A stretch of DNA of 63,929 nucleotides, filler included, from Phoronis australis (lineage: Eukaryota > Animalia > Phoronida), in the NCBI GenBank assembly GCA_002633005.1. It is 11 parts of 11 records of this genome, joined end to end, with 100 filler letters (N's around TTAATTAATTAA, not from the genome) between each part and the next. Parts side by side here need not be neighbours in the genome. Positions count along the whole stretch, not along the records: positions 33,423 to 38,009 come from NMRA01002542.1; positions 38,110 to 41,297 come from NMRA01000076.1; positions 41,398 to 45,306 come from NMRA01001770.1; positions 45,407 to 48,108 come from NMRA01002010.1; positions 48,209 to 52,694 come from NMRA01000423.1; 6 more parts are not named here. The stretch is one strand, 5' to 3'. Made by a program: the position numbers and the translations under genes. The notes under the pieces are model-generated. The model ran no database searches. It was not told the DNA's origin and saw only the letters and a program-made list of their open reading frames with translations. Shown here piece after piece: positions 36,196-48,980 of the stretch. The stretch's first letter is position 1. Each line of letters starts with the position of its first letter.

Positions 36196-38278
36196 GTAAG
36201 TATAGAGTCCGTGGCTGTGGCATGACTGCACCAAAATGTCACTGTCGCTTGTCTAGCATGCATATCTGTTTTCGTTCTGTGTACATCCCATCTCTGAACA
36301 AATAGGCCTTCAACCTGAAGCCGTACATGTATAAATCGGATAGGGATTTGGAATAGCGAAAAAATATCGTCACATTCAAAAAATATTTGATTTGAAACGG
36401 CTCATCTTAACATAAATGGGGTGTGGTGGTTAAGCCTACTGGGAGAATATGTGGGTTTGTGACATTTCCGCGCTGTTCCCTAAAACAGTTCAAGTGCTCA
36501 TAATTTCTTAGTCGCAGAATAGTAATATTTTCCAATTTGTTCTTCGCTTCATTATGGATAAAAGCAATTTTGTAACGTCGGCAATCAAACTAAGTGCCAC
36601 TAGCAACGGTAATTAAAGTTAATCACGTTTTTCTCTGTACATGAGGTTTATGACTGTCCTGGAGCACTAAATCAATCACTTTCTTAATAGTCACGTCTTC
36701 AATATGCGCGGGCCACCTACACGTAAGATTGTTACAAACATGTCTATAATACTTTAGGCTCTTGTATCTATATTGAATATAATAGTTATTTATGAAGCCA
36801 TGAAATGGACTTCCAAAAGCCATCACACATTATTGAGACAAACTGTTGTTATTCGTCCACACTATTTCAATTCTGTTATATAATTCATTACCATTCGTTG
36901 CCTGTACATCGTTGGCGCGCGAACCCGTACTTCTGAGTGGCGTGATGCCTCAAAACAACGAGGCGGATGGCTTCCAACGAGTAGCGGTTATTTCCAACGA
37001 GTCTCCCTCAAACAGGAAAGACGCAACGACATGCATACTACATGTATATCTCTCCAACGTCGAGTTGAACCATGAACTAAACATTCTCAAATATTCACTA
37101 AAAGCTATTATCTGGTAAGAGCAGTGAATAAAACACGTCCTTAAGCAGATTCGTCCGCTTTACCTCGAGAAGAGCACTGAAGAGTGTTGCGATTAACAGA
37201 AGTAAGGCATGCCTAATAACCTTGGAAACATGCTTAATTCGGCACGGGAAATAGAAGCATTGAAATGTTCTGTCGTTTCCTCTTTTTTATTGTTACACTA
37301 CGGTCACAAGTACTTTGCACCGTGCATTGATATATCTGATGCCACGTCATCTTAGGGCTGTTGACTGATTTTGAGACCCCATGGAAGGTAGACATTTGAA
37401 AATGTAAGAACATTGCATTTACGTGCATTGCATTACTTTGATACGAAACGTATATTTTGATACGCATTTATTAGAGTTTCAGTGATATAATACAGAAACA
37501 ATAAGACAGATGACCATGACATTAGGGATTAACAACATGAAAGGTAAAGTATCCAAAACCCCTTAAATACTGCAAAATAAACTACGGGAGCGAACAAAGA
37601 AACAGTACGTCAAAACATATGTAATTATGTTATAAACGAATGTGAATACAACCTCAATTAAGAGTACTAAATTCTAAATTTAGTTAATTGGGACCGCGAG
37701 GTAGAAATATCGACATGACTGCGGGTATCACTACTTGTCTTAGTTCGAATAAAGGATTGTTCTTTGCAGATCAAAGCACAAGGCCAAATGGAAGTTTGAA
37801 GGAGCTGTTCGATGACATGTTCCTTTCATTATCGGCTACACAATCTGCTAATTGTTTAAAATTACCCTATTGTAGGTGATAACTACAGAAAATACCAATT
37901 TTTCATAATTCAGTATGAGATGGTGTAGAGAGCTCACCCGCCATGCTGTCTCCTCGCAGCGTTGGCAGGCATAATTCCATGCAGTGGCGGATCTAGGATA
38001 CCATAAGGGNNNNNNNNNNNNNNNNNNNNNNNNNNNNNNNNNNNNNNNNNNNNTTAATTAATTAANNNNNNNNNNNNNNNNNNNNNNNNNNNNNNNNNNN
38101 NNNNNNNNNTTCGCCTTTTTTTCTTGGATAATACTTCAGGAATCAAGGCAAACCCCCCCTCCCGACCTCCCCCCATTCGGTGCTGTGCGCATCTACAATC
38201 GTGGTTCAGTTTGCACAAATGCTTCCAGCCGGACAAAATGTTGGGCCCCCCCCTTGTGATATCCTAGATCCGCCACTG

Positions 38279-41085
38279 GTATTTCTGACAGCCGTTATGC
38301 AGCTCGAGAAGAATATCTCATTTTTAGCCATCTCCTAAGCCGAAAAGTGATGTTGAAAGGTTTAAACAATGTATCAAACGGCCACGTACACGAGCAGCAA
38401 TGTTGCTTGATTACTCGAACGTTAAACACAAGTATATTTGTTCCAAGATACACAATAGTTCAGTTTGGTGGCTATAGTGTAAGTTTAGTAATTTTGTCTC
38501 TGGAGTTTCACTCGTCTGGTAGCCTTTAAAGTCCTTCTCTCAAACTGTCCATGTGGTTCCAGTATCCGAAAATACTTACTACATAAAATCTTATTTTCGA
38601 CACCCTTTCTTTATATTCTTTTCGCCTTTCTTGCCAAAAGCGATTTTTGAACAGTATTTGACCCTTCTCTCTGAGCGTACGACTACCGGTTGTCATCGGT
38701 TATTTCCGTACCCACATTTCCGGCTCATCAGTTCAGGAACTTGTCCTGAACGCCGCCATTTTTTCCTTGTAACTGAATGTGCTATGGCTTGCTCGAAGAG
38801 TCTTCATTATTTTGTTTTATTAGTAATATGTCGTGATTCGTTTGTGTGTGTAGTGTATTTATAGTTTGTAGTTAGTGGTCGTTGATTTTTTTGGAATGTT
38901 ACGCGTACTTATTATGTTAAAATAGCATTGGTGTTAAGTTCCTTACGTAGGCCGGTCGAACCTAGGAACCAATATGGGTTGAACCAATTTTTTTTCGTTT
39001 TGATTTTTTTTCTCGTTTTGAAAAAGTATTTTGCTATCATCGGAAAGTTAATGCATTCTACTCAGAAAAAAATCGAAAAAGTATCAAAATCTGGGCAAGC
39101 AGTGTAAAGATATTGCAATTTTTGTGGNGTGATTTCAACGGTTATTAGGGTGTTAAGACTGTAACCGTAGGAGAAATTGAAAAAAAAAACATCCGCACTT
39201 GTCATATCTGAAGTCGACCGATTAGCTACTAATTCGGAAGCAAGTCTTGCAAAACACCACCCCTCATCCACCACAAACCCTTACCACTACAGTAAATGCC
39301 AATATTCCTTAAGTCTATCTTCATATGCGCGCACCCAGTCTAAAATATGGGGGCTCGAATATTCCAGTATGTGGACCTTTTACGGCAAACTGAATCGGGG
39401 ACTAAAAACAACAAAAAAACGGGTACAGACCTGTGAATTCTGCATTCTTACCGAATTCCTGTGGATAAACTTACATGTTGTCAGTCAAGTTGGATCTCAT
39501 GACTCGTGGACACTTGTCATGTCGAGACGATCAAGCATAAAGAGTATTCCAAATATCCGTGGCAGGAAAAGACCGAGTTCAAAATAAAACGGCCAGAGCG
39601 GTAAATTGTCGACCAATTTAAAACTCGCCCGTCCGGCTACATAACTGAACTGATGCTGAACGTTCAATTTGCGCGCGTGCTTCACATAAGTATCCAAAAG
39701 TATCATTGGCCGTTGACAAAATACCGTAACACCCTGCATGCCAGCCGGAATGGATGGTGGCGAAATGAAGCAGCAAATCGGTTTAGAGACCGGCATCAAA
39801 AGGGCATATACCAGCGGGCGACTTTTTGGTCGTGTGAACAGTGAAGGGTCCCCCAAATTAGCCAAAGTTTATCCTGGAGATCGGTGTTTTGTAGTAATAT
39901 GTACGTAATTCGCGTAGGCTATCATAGGCGAACTTTGGCAGCCACAAATGTATATACAGCAGCAAAACGTGAGGAAATATTTACATATAGTTTATCACTT
40001 AACCCCGGTAATTGACATATCGCCAGGATTACGACTGGCGGCTTAACTGACCAATCAGAACGCAGCCTTCTTGAAACACCTTCGTCTGTGTTTCCAAGCC
40101 GCCATTTTACCCGACAAACAATGCGTTGTCGTGTGAAACTTATTTTAGATATAGCTCAAGAAATTGCGTGATAAAAATGGTGATACGGTGTCGATATGGC
40201 ATGTGTATTTCTAACAGCCGTTATGCAGCTCGAGAAGAATATATCGTCCTTAGCCATCTCCAAAGCCGAAAAGTGATGTCGAAAGGTTTAAACAATGTAT
40301 CAAACGGCCACGTACACGAGCAGCAATGTTGCTTGATTACTCGAAGGTTAAACACAAGTATATTTGTTCCAAGATACACAATAGTTCAGTTTGGTGGCTA
40401 TAGTGTAAGCTTAGTAATTTTGTCTCTGGATTTTCACTCGCTTAGTAATTTTGTCTCTGGATTTTCACTCGTTTGGTAGCCTTTAAAGTCCTTCTCTCAA
40501 ACTGTCCATGTGGTTCCAGTATCCGAAAATACTTACTACATAAAATCTTATTTTCGACAGCCTTTCTTTATATTCTTTTCGCCTTTCTTGCCAAAAGCGA
40601 TTTTTGAACACTATTTGACCCTTCTCTCTGAGCGTACCATTACCGGTTGTCATCGGTTATTTCCGTACCCACATTTCCGGCTCATCAGTTCAGGAACTTG
40701 TCCTGAACGCCGCCATTTTTTTCCTTGTAGCTGAATGTGCTATGGCTTGCTCGAAAAGTCTTCATTATTTTGTTTTATTAGTAATATCTCGTGATTCGTT
40801 TGTGTGTGTAGTGTATTTATAGTTTGTAGTTAGTGGTCGTTGATTTTTTTGGAATGTTACGCGTACTTATTATGATAAAATAGCATTGGTGTTAAGTTCC
40901 TTACGTAGGCCGGTCGAACCTAGGAACCAATATGGGTTGAACCAATTTTTTTTTCGTTTTGATTTTTTTCTCGTTTTGAAAAAGTATTTTGCTATCATCG
41001 GAAAGTTAGTGCATTCTACTCAGAAAAAAATCGAAAAAGTATCAAAATCTGGGCAAGCAGTGTAAAGATATTGCAATTTTTGTGG
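38279..41085 (+). repeat. Near-identical ~850-bp direct duplication (38279-39128 vs ~40206-41085) of transposon-like DNA
   Basis: Sequences match almost base for base from GTATTTCT.ACAGCCGTTATGCAG to GCAATTTTTGTGG. Confidence 0.9.
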
Positions 41086-41399
41086 CGAAATTTGGGTCAC
41101 TTTGTTTGGATCGCGTCGGCCATATTGGAGGACAGCGGGATAAGTTACGAGTTCAAAAATTTGTGTAAATTGTTTTCGCCAACAAATTACGGTGAAATTT
41201 AGTTAGACATATCTTTACTTACTATTCTGCACGATTTAACAGTGTTCACCAAATTTCAGCCTCGCAGTTGTTACTCATTAAGTGATAAATGTGCTCANNN
41301 NNNNNNNNNNNNNNNNNNNNNNNNNNNNNNNNNNNNNNNNNTTAATTAATTAANNNNNNNNNNNNNNNNNNNNNNNNNNNNNNNNNNNNNNNNNNNNAA

Positions 41400-41735
41400 A
41401 CGGCAGGATAGCGTCATCTCACTACTAGGTGCCTACATACCAAATTTCATGAAAATCCGTTCAGGACTTTTGAAGATACAAAGGTAAGCGTAAAAAACTA
41501 AAATTGCCACTAGGGGGCACACCGGTAGTCGGATCCGTCCGAAAGTTCGCACATGCCGTCCCATTCATGAATGGAACATATGTGCCAAATTTCATGAACG
41601 TATGTCAAAGGGTTTTGGAGATAGAGCAGCGGACGCCGGACGCCAGACGCCGCCCGGACGGACGGACGGACGGACGGACGGAGATGACGGCATAATGCGT
41701 CCACATATAAATATGTGGGCGCATAAAAATGGCTA
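41400..41735. mobile_element. Helentron/HINE-like non-autonomous repeat with (GGAC)n microsatellite
   Basis: Repeated CCAAATTTCATGAA cores followed by a GGAC array; family assignment from general knowledge of invertebrate HINE-type elements. Confidence 0.5.
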
Positions 41736-41913
41736 TTAACAGGTTCAAGCAAGGCTTGATAAGATCAGATAATACCCAATGACCAGAACGCGATAATCCA
41801 GATGATAGAAGATTTGTCAATTCATGGCTCACTGCACCCAATCTCAAAAGAAAAGAACCTGTAAAGATTGCAAGTTCTTTTGACACACACCAGCATTAGC
41901 AAGACAAACTAAC

Positions 41914-42010
41914 CTGCTGGAGGGATTCCCAAGTCCTTCAGAAGCTGGTCTGCTTCTGAGCTCAGTTGTGTCTTTGAACCAGAGGTGGCATTGCCTGCAG
42001 CTTCGGTCAC
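41914..42010 (-). CDS. DYNC1I: Cytoplasmic dynein 1 intermediate chain, coding exon 2
   Basis: VTEAAGNATSGSKTQLSSEADQLLKDLGIPPA (EA..LL..LGI helix); TTCAG/GTTAGT boundaries; in phase with exon 1. Confidence 0.75.
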
Positions 42011-42199
42011 CTGAAGTGAATGAAATATTCAAGCTGATTATCTTCAACACACAATGAATTATTTCCACCATGAGCTGATAAACCCCCGTTCCAATTACGT
42101 TAGTTATGGCAAAATGGTTGCTCCAAAAGTTTAAGTGGCCAAGTCAGTCCCACACAGTGCGACTCATGTGTGTCGGCTCCTTTTGCAGTTTTTGTGACC

Positions 42200-43063
42200 A
42201 TCAGCAATTGCCGATTTGTCACGGAGTGTCATCACATCGATAACTCCACCCGGCATTTCGCTCAGGGTCTGAAGCCCGGGGTCCGTAAGTTGGGGTAGGT
42301 TTATATGGACCGACACATAAACAAGTGTGCATCAGTTTGTTTATGTTAACAGCTTCGCATTTGATAATGATTTACTGCAGTGATAAGCCCTCTGGCTGCC
42401 TGTGAGTGAAATGTGCTTTAGTATTCGGTTATTTAAACTGTTGCATTTTTCTCCTATAATTTTGATATTTAATTTTGAATTATCTTATGTCGACCACAAC
42501 GGTATGTTTTTGGTCAAAATCGACGCACATTTGCCAAAGATACACCTACATATCCACATTAAAAGAAACTATACATTCTCGTGGAATTGTATTTATCAGT
42601 GTAAAGTTAATGTTATTACATTTCGTTTAATTGTCGGGGGCTTTAGAGTGATTTTTTAAATTGTCACAACAAGATTTTGCTGTGTAACCAATCTGCTTTC
42701 CAGAAAATCTTGGGCATAACTGAGCATGCACAGATTCGACTTCCCAAATAAAGAAATTAAGGAGTCCTTAAATACTTGGATTTTTTGTTATGGTACCCCT
42801 TATACTGGAATAAATAAAATTGTAACACCACACATCACTACCAAGAAACAAAGCTAGCAATAGAGATGTACCAGACCCTCTCTGTACACTTTAAAATTGC
42901 TCCACTGAAGAACACCACTGTCTGTGACCTGGCATACAGATGTTGTCATGCTGGGTCTTAGTTAACAGTTGTGTAAACAACCTACCCTAGTGGACTGCGC
43001 TCAGACCCTGAGTGAAATGGGCTTAGGCTTAGTCGCCTTCTGTGATGAACCGGCAATTGCCGT
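42200..43063. mobile_element. MITE with long imperfect TIRs in the DYNC1I intron
   Basis: GCAATTGCCG..CATTTCGCTCAGGGTCTGA mirrored by TCAGACCCTGAGTGAAATG..CGGCAATTGC. Confidence 0.6.
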
Positions 43064-43556
43064 GCATCCGTGTATGGTGGGTAATATTTACGGATTTCTC
43101 CGATGTTGACCGAGTGGCCTCGGTTGAGTTCATTGTTTGACTCTTGAGTCTGATCGGACGTTTCAAGCTGGTGCTGTGGTCATTGACATTGTTCATGCAG
43201 GTAGGTATTCTACACGTAACTCATCGGATAATTCTTTACCATCCTTGACCTCGAACCATCAAAGGAGGACTGATGCGTGGGCTTTTTGAGAACATTTTTG
43301 TGCTTTGACAGCGAATTTGTTGCCATCTCGCTCATTCTCGCTGGAGCAGGACACCGTGAATGATGTTACAATGCAAGAAAGCACAATTACTAATGGTTTG
43401 TTGAAAGCCTGTTTTGTGTAAATTTATTGAGTTTTGTGTTTGATATAGACGGCCGAAGTGAAGCACCCGTGGACTTCCTTGTCCCGATTATATCGAGCAC
43501 TGGGGACGATCAGAAGCTGAGGTCTGAGGACGCCTGTGGCCGTGGGTCTGACTCAC

Positions 43557-43655
43557 CTCTTTTCGTTTCCGTTCTTCTTCTTTTCGTTTCTTTTCTTGCC
43601 GCATAGCCTCAAGACGGGCCTTTTTGCGTTCCAACTCTGCCTTGCGGTCTGCCAT
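43557..43655 (-). CDS. DYNC1I: Cytoplasmic dynein 1 intermediate chain, first coding exon
   Basis: MADRKAELERKKARLEAMRQEKKRKEEERKRKE then GTGAGT; the characteristic dynein IC N-terminal helix. Confidence 0.92.
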
Positions 43656-45406
43656 GTTAAAGTTGTTACCCTCTCAACCAAGAGCTTTTTGTTTTTTACA
43701 TCAGCGATGGAAATTTGGTGGAAGGCTGGGTCTTGCAGAAATGAAAATCGATTTCTGTCATTAGTCACCGGCTACAGTTTCACGATGTCGAAAAAGAAAG
43801 TAATCAAACATGCAAAAATAGTATAAATATCACAATAAATATTTAATCATATAAATGACATACGAGATTTACTACGAACCGATTGAGATTATAAAACAAT
43901 ATATTTGAAATAAGATATTATTATTTGCCTGTGTAAAAACTAGGAAGTGGAAATGCTCAGGTAAAATATTACATTCGATAAAAATTTTTGTTTTCAGTTG
44001 ACAACATTTTGCTAAATCATCGTAGATATGTGCTTAAAACGACCACTGACAAATTCAAAGGAAAAGATTTCCACGAAAACAGTGAATTTCAATCGTTATT
44101 TAAAATATTCTTTAGTTGATGACACTTCCTCGCAAGACGTCGCTTTGCAACGCTGTACCAAAGACGCTAACTGGCTGTACAATGAGCTAAAACAATGAGC
44201 TATAGTACGTTGTATCGGCTGCAGTGACGTTGGGCGGGAGTTGGCACGTTCAGTAACGCTAAGACTCACGCAATGGAGGATTTAGAGGGGGCGTAAGGGG
44301 CCGTGCCCCCCTAAAATTCTCCCACATTCTGTTTAGCAGTTCGGGGGTGCNGCCCCCCGGCAACTGAATGTCTCCTGGATCCCGGCTTGCCAAACTAGGA
44401 CCTAGCTAAAATCTATTCAAAGTCAATCTTCTTATTTAAAATACTAGACTCGGCAATATCTCACGGAATCTCGTTAAGTCTTGCTTTTTAGTGAGGTCCT
44501 AGCGCTACTGAACGGGATTGGCAGGACTCACTACTGAGTAGGTCATAGTATGGTCATAAAAATAAAGAGACATGATGGCAATGAACGAAAAGTTGACAGA
44601 TATTTTTTTTGAAATTTGGAACTAAAGGAAAAATGCTTTGGCATGTATAAAATTTAAAACCTCAAACCGTACTTTTTGGTGAACGGTTCGACCGTGACAT
44701 CAGTTTCATGCAGTGACCGGCAGAGACTCACTTCATTTTCTTTGTGGCCAATTTTTAAGTTGGATTTATTCTGCTTGATGTTCTAGTATAGTTTAAAAAA
44801 GCAACACAGTTAACAGGTACTATTAGACTGAGCGCCTCACTTGTATTTTGAAAATCATTTCATTCCTGTTCAAACATTTAACAGTGTTCATTAATTATTG
44901 ATGTGCATTGCTGTTGGCGTATTGCCGGGTAGGCTAGGCCTACGCCTGCAAACTTTACTCCGTCGCTTGTGCCTTGAAAACTTGGTTGGTATAACAGCTG
45001 GGGCCACACTGAACTGCTGTACCTGCAGGACCGTGATATTGTTGAAGGCCCTGGTTAAACACATTAATTTGCGGTTTTCACTGAGAATGTGATCACCGGG
45101 ATGCCCTCGCGATTCTCGCCCTCACTGATAAGTGGTTTGTCGGCGTGAACCGTGCATCTGTTACTGTAGTACTTAATCCCGGCACGATGGCGGTGACTTC
45201 TAATGTGATTTTCGTACGGAAGGGTGACTTTTCATAACGCTAAACCCTCGTGAGAGACCGCCCCGAGATGGATGCTGGAGCAACTCGGGGCGGTCTGGGA
45301 TCAAGCNNNNNNNNNNNNNNNNNNNNNNNNNNNNNNNNNNNNNNNNNNNNTTAATTAATTAANNNNNNNNNNNNNNNNNNNNNNNNNNNNNNNNNNNNNN
45401 NNNNNN

Positions 45407-45605
45407 TGTATCAGACGTGAGCAGGCCTCGCATGTGGGCCCATTGCACTGATCACCTGGAACTATTTTTATGCTTTATTCATATATGGTTAACACCGAGC
45501 TGAGGAGCTAAAAACCTGGCTCAAAGGCTTAGCAGTGTGACCTGGTGGGACATGAACCCACAACCTCGAGTAAAGAAAGCGGGCACAACCAGGCCACACC
45601 GCCTC
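45407..45605 (-). mobile_element. tRNA-derived SINE
   Basis: Minus strand GGCGGTGTGGCCTGGTTG (A-box-like) ... GGGTTCATGTCCC (B-box-like), followed by a non-tRNA body. Confidence 0.5.
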
Positions 45606-46244
45606 CTCAAAACCCCATTAACCAAGCTAATCACTTTTATACTAAAATCTGAGTTTGATAGTTAGTTCAATCACAACGATGCATTAAAGACATTCTCCAC
45701 TTTGTTGCTTGATGAGTTCACCTTATGCACGACCTTATCAAATCTATATATTCAACCAAATATCTACAAAACTTTAAAATTTGACTCAACAACAATATAT
45801 CTGAAAATAGAAACTCCGAAGAATTTGATTTTTGATTTTATACTTATCTACAACTAAATTAAGTAACCTAACCTTGGCTTTTTAGGTAAATTTAGCAAAA
45901 AGAAAGGTACATTCATAGCAAAACAATAGTACCTTTTACATGACCAAATATCGGATAATATAAATTTTCAAGATAAAATCTCAAAAATGCTACCTAACAG
46001 TTTTCTGAATTATCGTTTCATTTTTTCAACTGCAACTTTGTTTTTTTCATAAAACTCACATAAATCCCATTTTTGGTAGCCCCTCGTGCAAAAGTGGACT
46101 ATTTGAAAAACAATTTTTCACAGCGTTTTAGAGAACAGAGTATAAAGCACATTATCCGGAGCCTCGTGTGAATCTGATCAGCCATTTCTGAGATACTATG
46201 TTCCAATGTTGACCAAAATTGGACATATTTCTAGAGTCCTAAAN

Positions 46245-46346
46245 ACTCAACCCGTATACAGGTTCATGGCAAGAATTACTCAACCCGTATACAGGTTCAT
46301 GGCAAGAATTACTCAACCCGTATACAGGTTCATGGCAAGAATTACT
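46245..46346. repeat. 33-bp minisatellite, 3 copies
   Basis: ACTCAACCCGTATACAGGTTCATGGCAAGAATT repeated. Confidence 0.92.
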
Positions 46347-46364
46347 CTCAACTTTGATAATTAC

Positions 46365-46582
46365 CAATATCATGGTCAGCTATGAGGCTTCTTAACTTTG
46401 ACTGAGAACAAGACGCTGTACACGCTAAGACTTGGGTGATAGCTGATCCTTCTTTTCCATGGTATGTTTGGCACAGCTGGTATGTAAGCTCAAACACTGA
46501 CACGCTGCCATCTTTTGTCAGACAACAGAGTTGTGGTGAAAGTAAGACATCATCAGTAGTATCCACAGATTTCCAGATGACA
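46365..46582 (-). CDS. SPG11: Probable spatacsin N-terminal exon
   Basis: VIWKS..PQLCCLTKDGSVSVFEL..SCSQSKLRSLIADHDI resembles the recalled human SPG11 N-terminus (FLWED..PKLLAL..YEF..SCSREALQKLIDDQDI); TTTCAG/GTAATT boundaries, phase 2-1. Confidence 0.55.
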
Positions 46583-48807
46583 CTGAAAACCAAATATAAC
46601 ATGAATGCATCATTAGAATGCAACATACAGACTAATTACTTATCTCTGTAATTGCTAGGCGAAATTAGTAAGAAATACAACATATAGCGATGATGTGAAT
46701 ATGAAGTATCTTGAAAATTGCTAAATGTTTTTAAGAATGAGTTTTGTGACAAAAATGATCTGCCGCAAGTCATTGAACCACGTCCAGTAAGTATCATGAC
46801 ATGGTGCTGAGGAATAACACTGCACGATGCGGGCCATGGTCAGAGCCTGTGAGGTACGTCTTTAGTGCAAAGGTCACCTATGTCTAGATGTTTTGTTTTC
46901 ACATTTACAATTTGTCAATAGCTGCACTTTTTTCAATGTAGATTATTTTAAAATAGCATTGCCATTAAGTTCCTGCTATAGATTAGCATTAGCATATTAG
47001 TTAGGAGCATGTAAATACATTGTTCATGTATCTTTAGCAGAAGCTGTGTAAAGTGTGCCTTGATATACTCCAGTATACCAGTCAACTCACCTTCAAGTCG
47101 GTAACTGGTCATTTTTACATTGCATGCACTCTATTTTTACATTGCGAGCAATCCTGGTGTAGGCAGTGTAAAAATGGCCAGTTCTCGATTTGGGAAACTG
47201 AACAAGGAATTGCTCGAAAAAACTTTGATAATTTTGGTAGTGTTTGTTCAAGTTGGAAGGAATAAGACATCAACGGCCACCTAAGGTGTCCCTCTATGCA
47301 CAAAAGATACTAATTAATAGCAATGTGACTTTGATGTTTTAAACAGTGTGGAGCATAATTTGCTGAAAAGCTTCCAGCGTATGAAGCGCCTACAAGAGCA
47401 TCACCGTCTTCACTGGGGCCAGTTGAGACGGTAGTCACTGTCTAAACTATCAGTACTGTCACTACGTGCACCTTTCAAGGCATGGATACCTATTGTGGCA
47501 GTGTCTTTATACCTTTCAAATTGGAACAAAATAATTAATGCTCTCGCAATCAACAGTTTCCCTGAGAATGTTTATAGTCAATGTGCTGGGGACCAAATGG
47601 AAACATACAGAGGGTCAGAGAGAGGTCACCAGTCTGCCAGCCATGCCAAGAGAAGACACCACAGACAGAAGAGCTGTCGGCAAGAATAGAAGATGATCCC
47701 ACTGTGTCCTGCATTATAAACTGACATTCATCCACATTTGAAGTACAGAAGTAGCCTATCTCTCAGCCATTTGTAGAATTAAGGTTGCATGCTACTTTAA
47801 CTTATCACCTTATTTGGCTTCTGCTCCACTGCACTGTACATAGTTCCTTCACTCATGAACGGACCAGAACTTAAAAAAATTAGTTCGCAGACTCACACAC
47901 ACATATCTCATGGATGTCACAACGCTGCATTAGTACTCTGCTTATCAAGTGGTCATGCACTAGCAGGGCTCGACGCTATCAAAATCGTCAGGTCGCATTT
48001 TGCGACCTAGCCAAAATCCCAGGTCGCATTTTCAAAATCCAGCTCGCATTCGCAAATGCCAGGTTGCAAAATTTTCCCGCCATTTTTACGCGCCAAAATA
48101 GATTTTTTNNNNNNNNNNNNNNNNNNNNNNNNNNNNNNNNNNNNNNNNNNNNTTAATTAATTAANNNNNNNNNNNNNNNNNNNNNNNNNNNNNNNNNNNN
48201 NNNNNNNNCGTGACCGCAAGTTGAGGCCCTGAGTCATTTTTGTGCAGGCACGCCCCTAAATGTAGCCGTCAGTTTGCTCAACAGCAAATCTGACACGTGA
48301 GTGAAACCTTGTATAAGTAAAGTTTTACTGAGACCTAACATCATAACGAACATTAATCAATAAAACTAGTAGAAATACAACGATAAGCGTCAGTACTAAA
48401 ATATATTGAAATATTCAACACCCTTCGAGCAATGCGCTCTCGGTCAAGGGTACATGTATGACACACACTACCGGAAATTTGTAGATGGAAGTAAATAAAA
48501 TCGCACAGAAGACCACCATTAACAATACCGGTCATAGTTTTACTATTTCAGTAATTTATGTTTTTATCCGTCGATAACTGCACGGCATTCCAGCATCTAT
48601 TTGATTTAATTATTATTAGTAATCAGCAAGCGGTGCTAGACAACTTCTTTACACAACCACATTTTAACCGATCTTAAAGAGCAGTAGGTGTTTTTTACTA
48701 TTTTCAAGTAAACATGGTTTAGCACACATTTATGTGACAAGTCTAACCTTAGCAATCTTTGGAACACCAAACAGTGCTCCAGGATATTTTTCTTATTTCT
48801 ATGCAGA

Positions 48808-48980
48808 GTTAAATGTTAAACTATGTTAAATGTTAAACTATGTTAAATGTTAAACTATGTTAAATGTTAAACTATGTTAAATGTTAAACTATGCTAAATG
48901 TTAAACTATGTTAAATGTTAAACTATGTTAAATGTTAAACTATGTTAACTGTTAAACTATGTTAAACGTTAAACTATGTT
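48808..48980. repeat. 17-bp minisatellite, ~10 copies
   Basis: GTTAAATGTTAAACTAT repeated. Confidence 0.93.

Noticed and set aside
47495-47770. Possible exon or decayed LINE fragment
   Set aside because: All frames hit stops and no motif could be confidently recognised.
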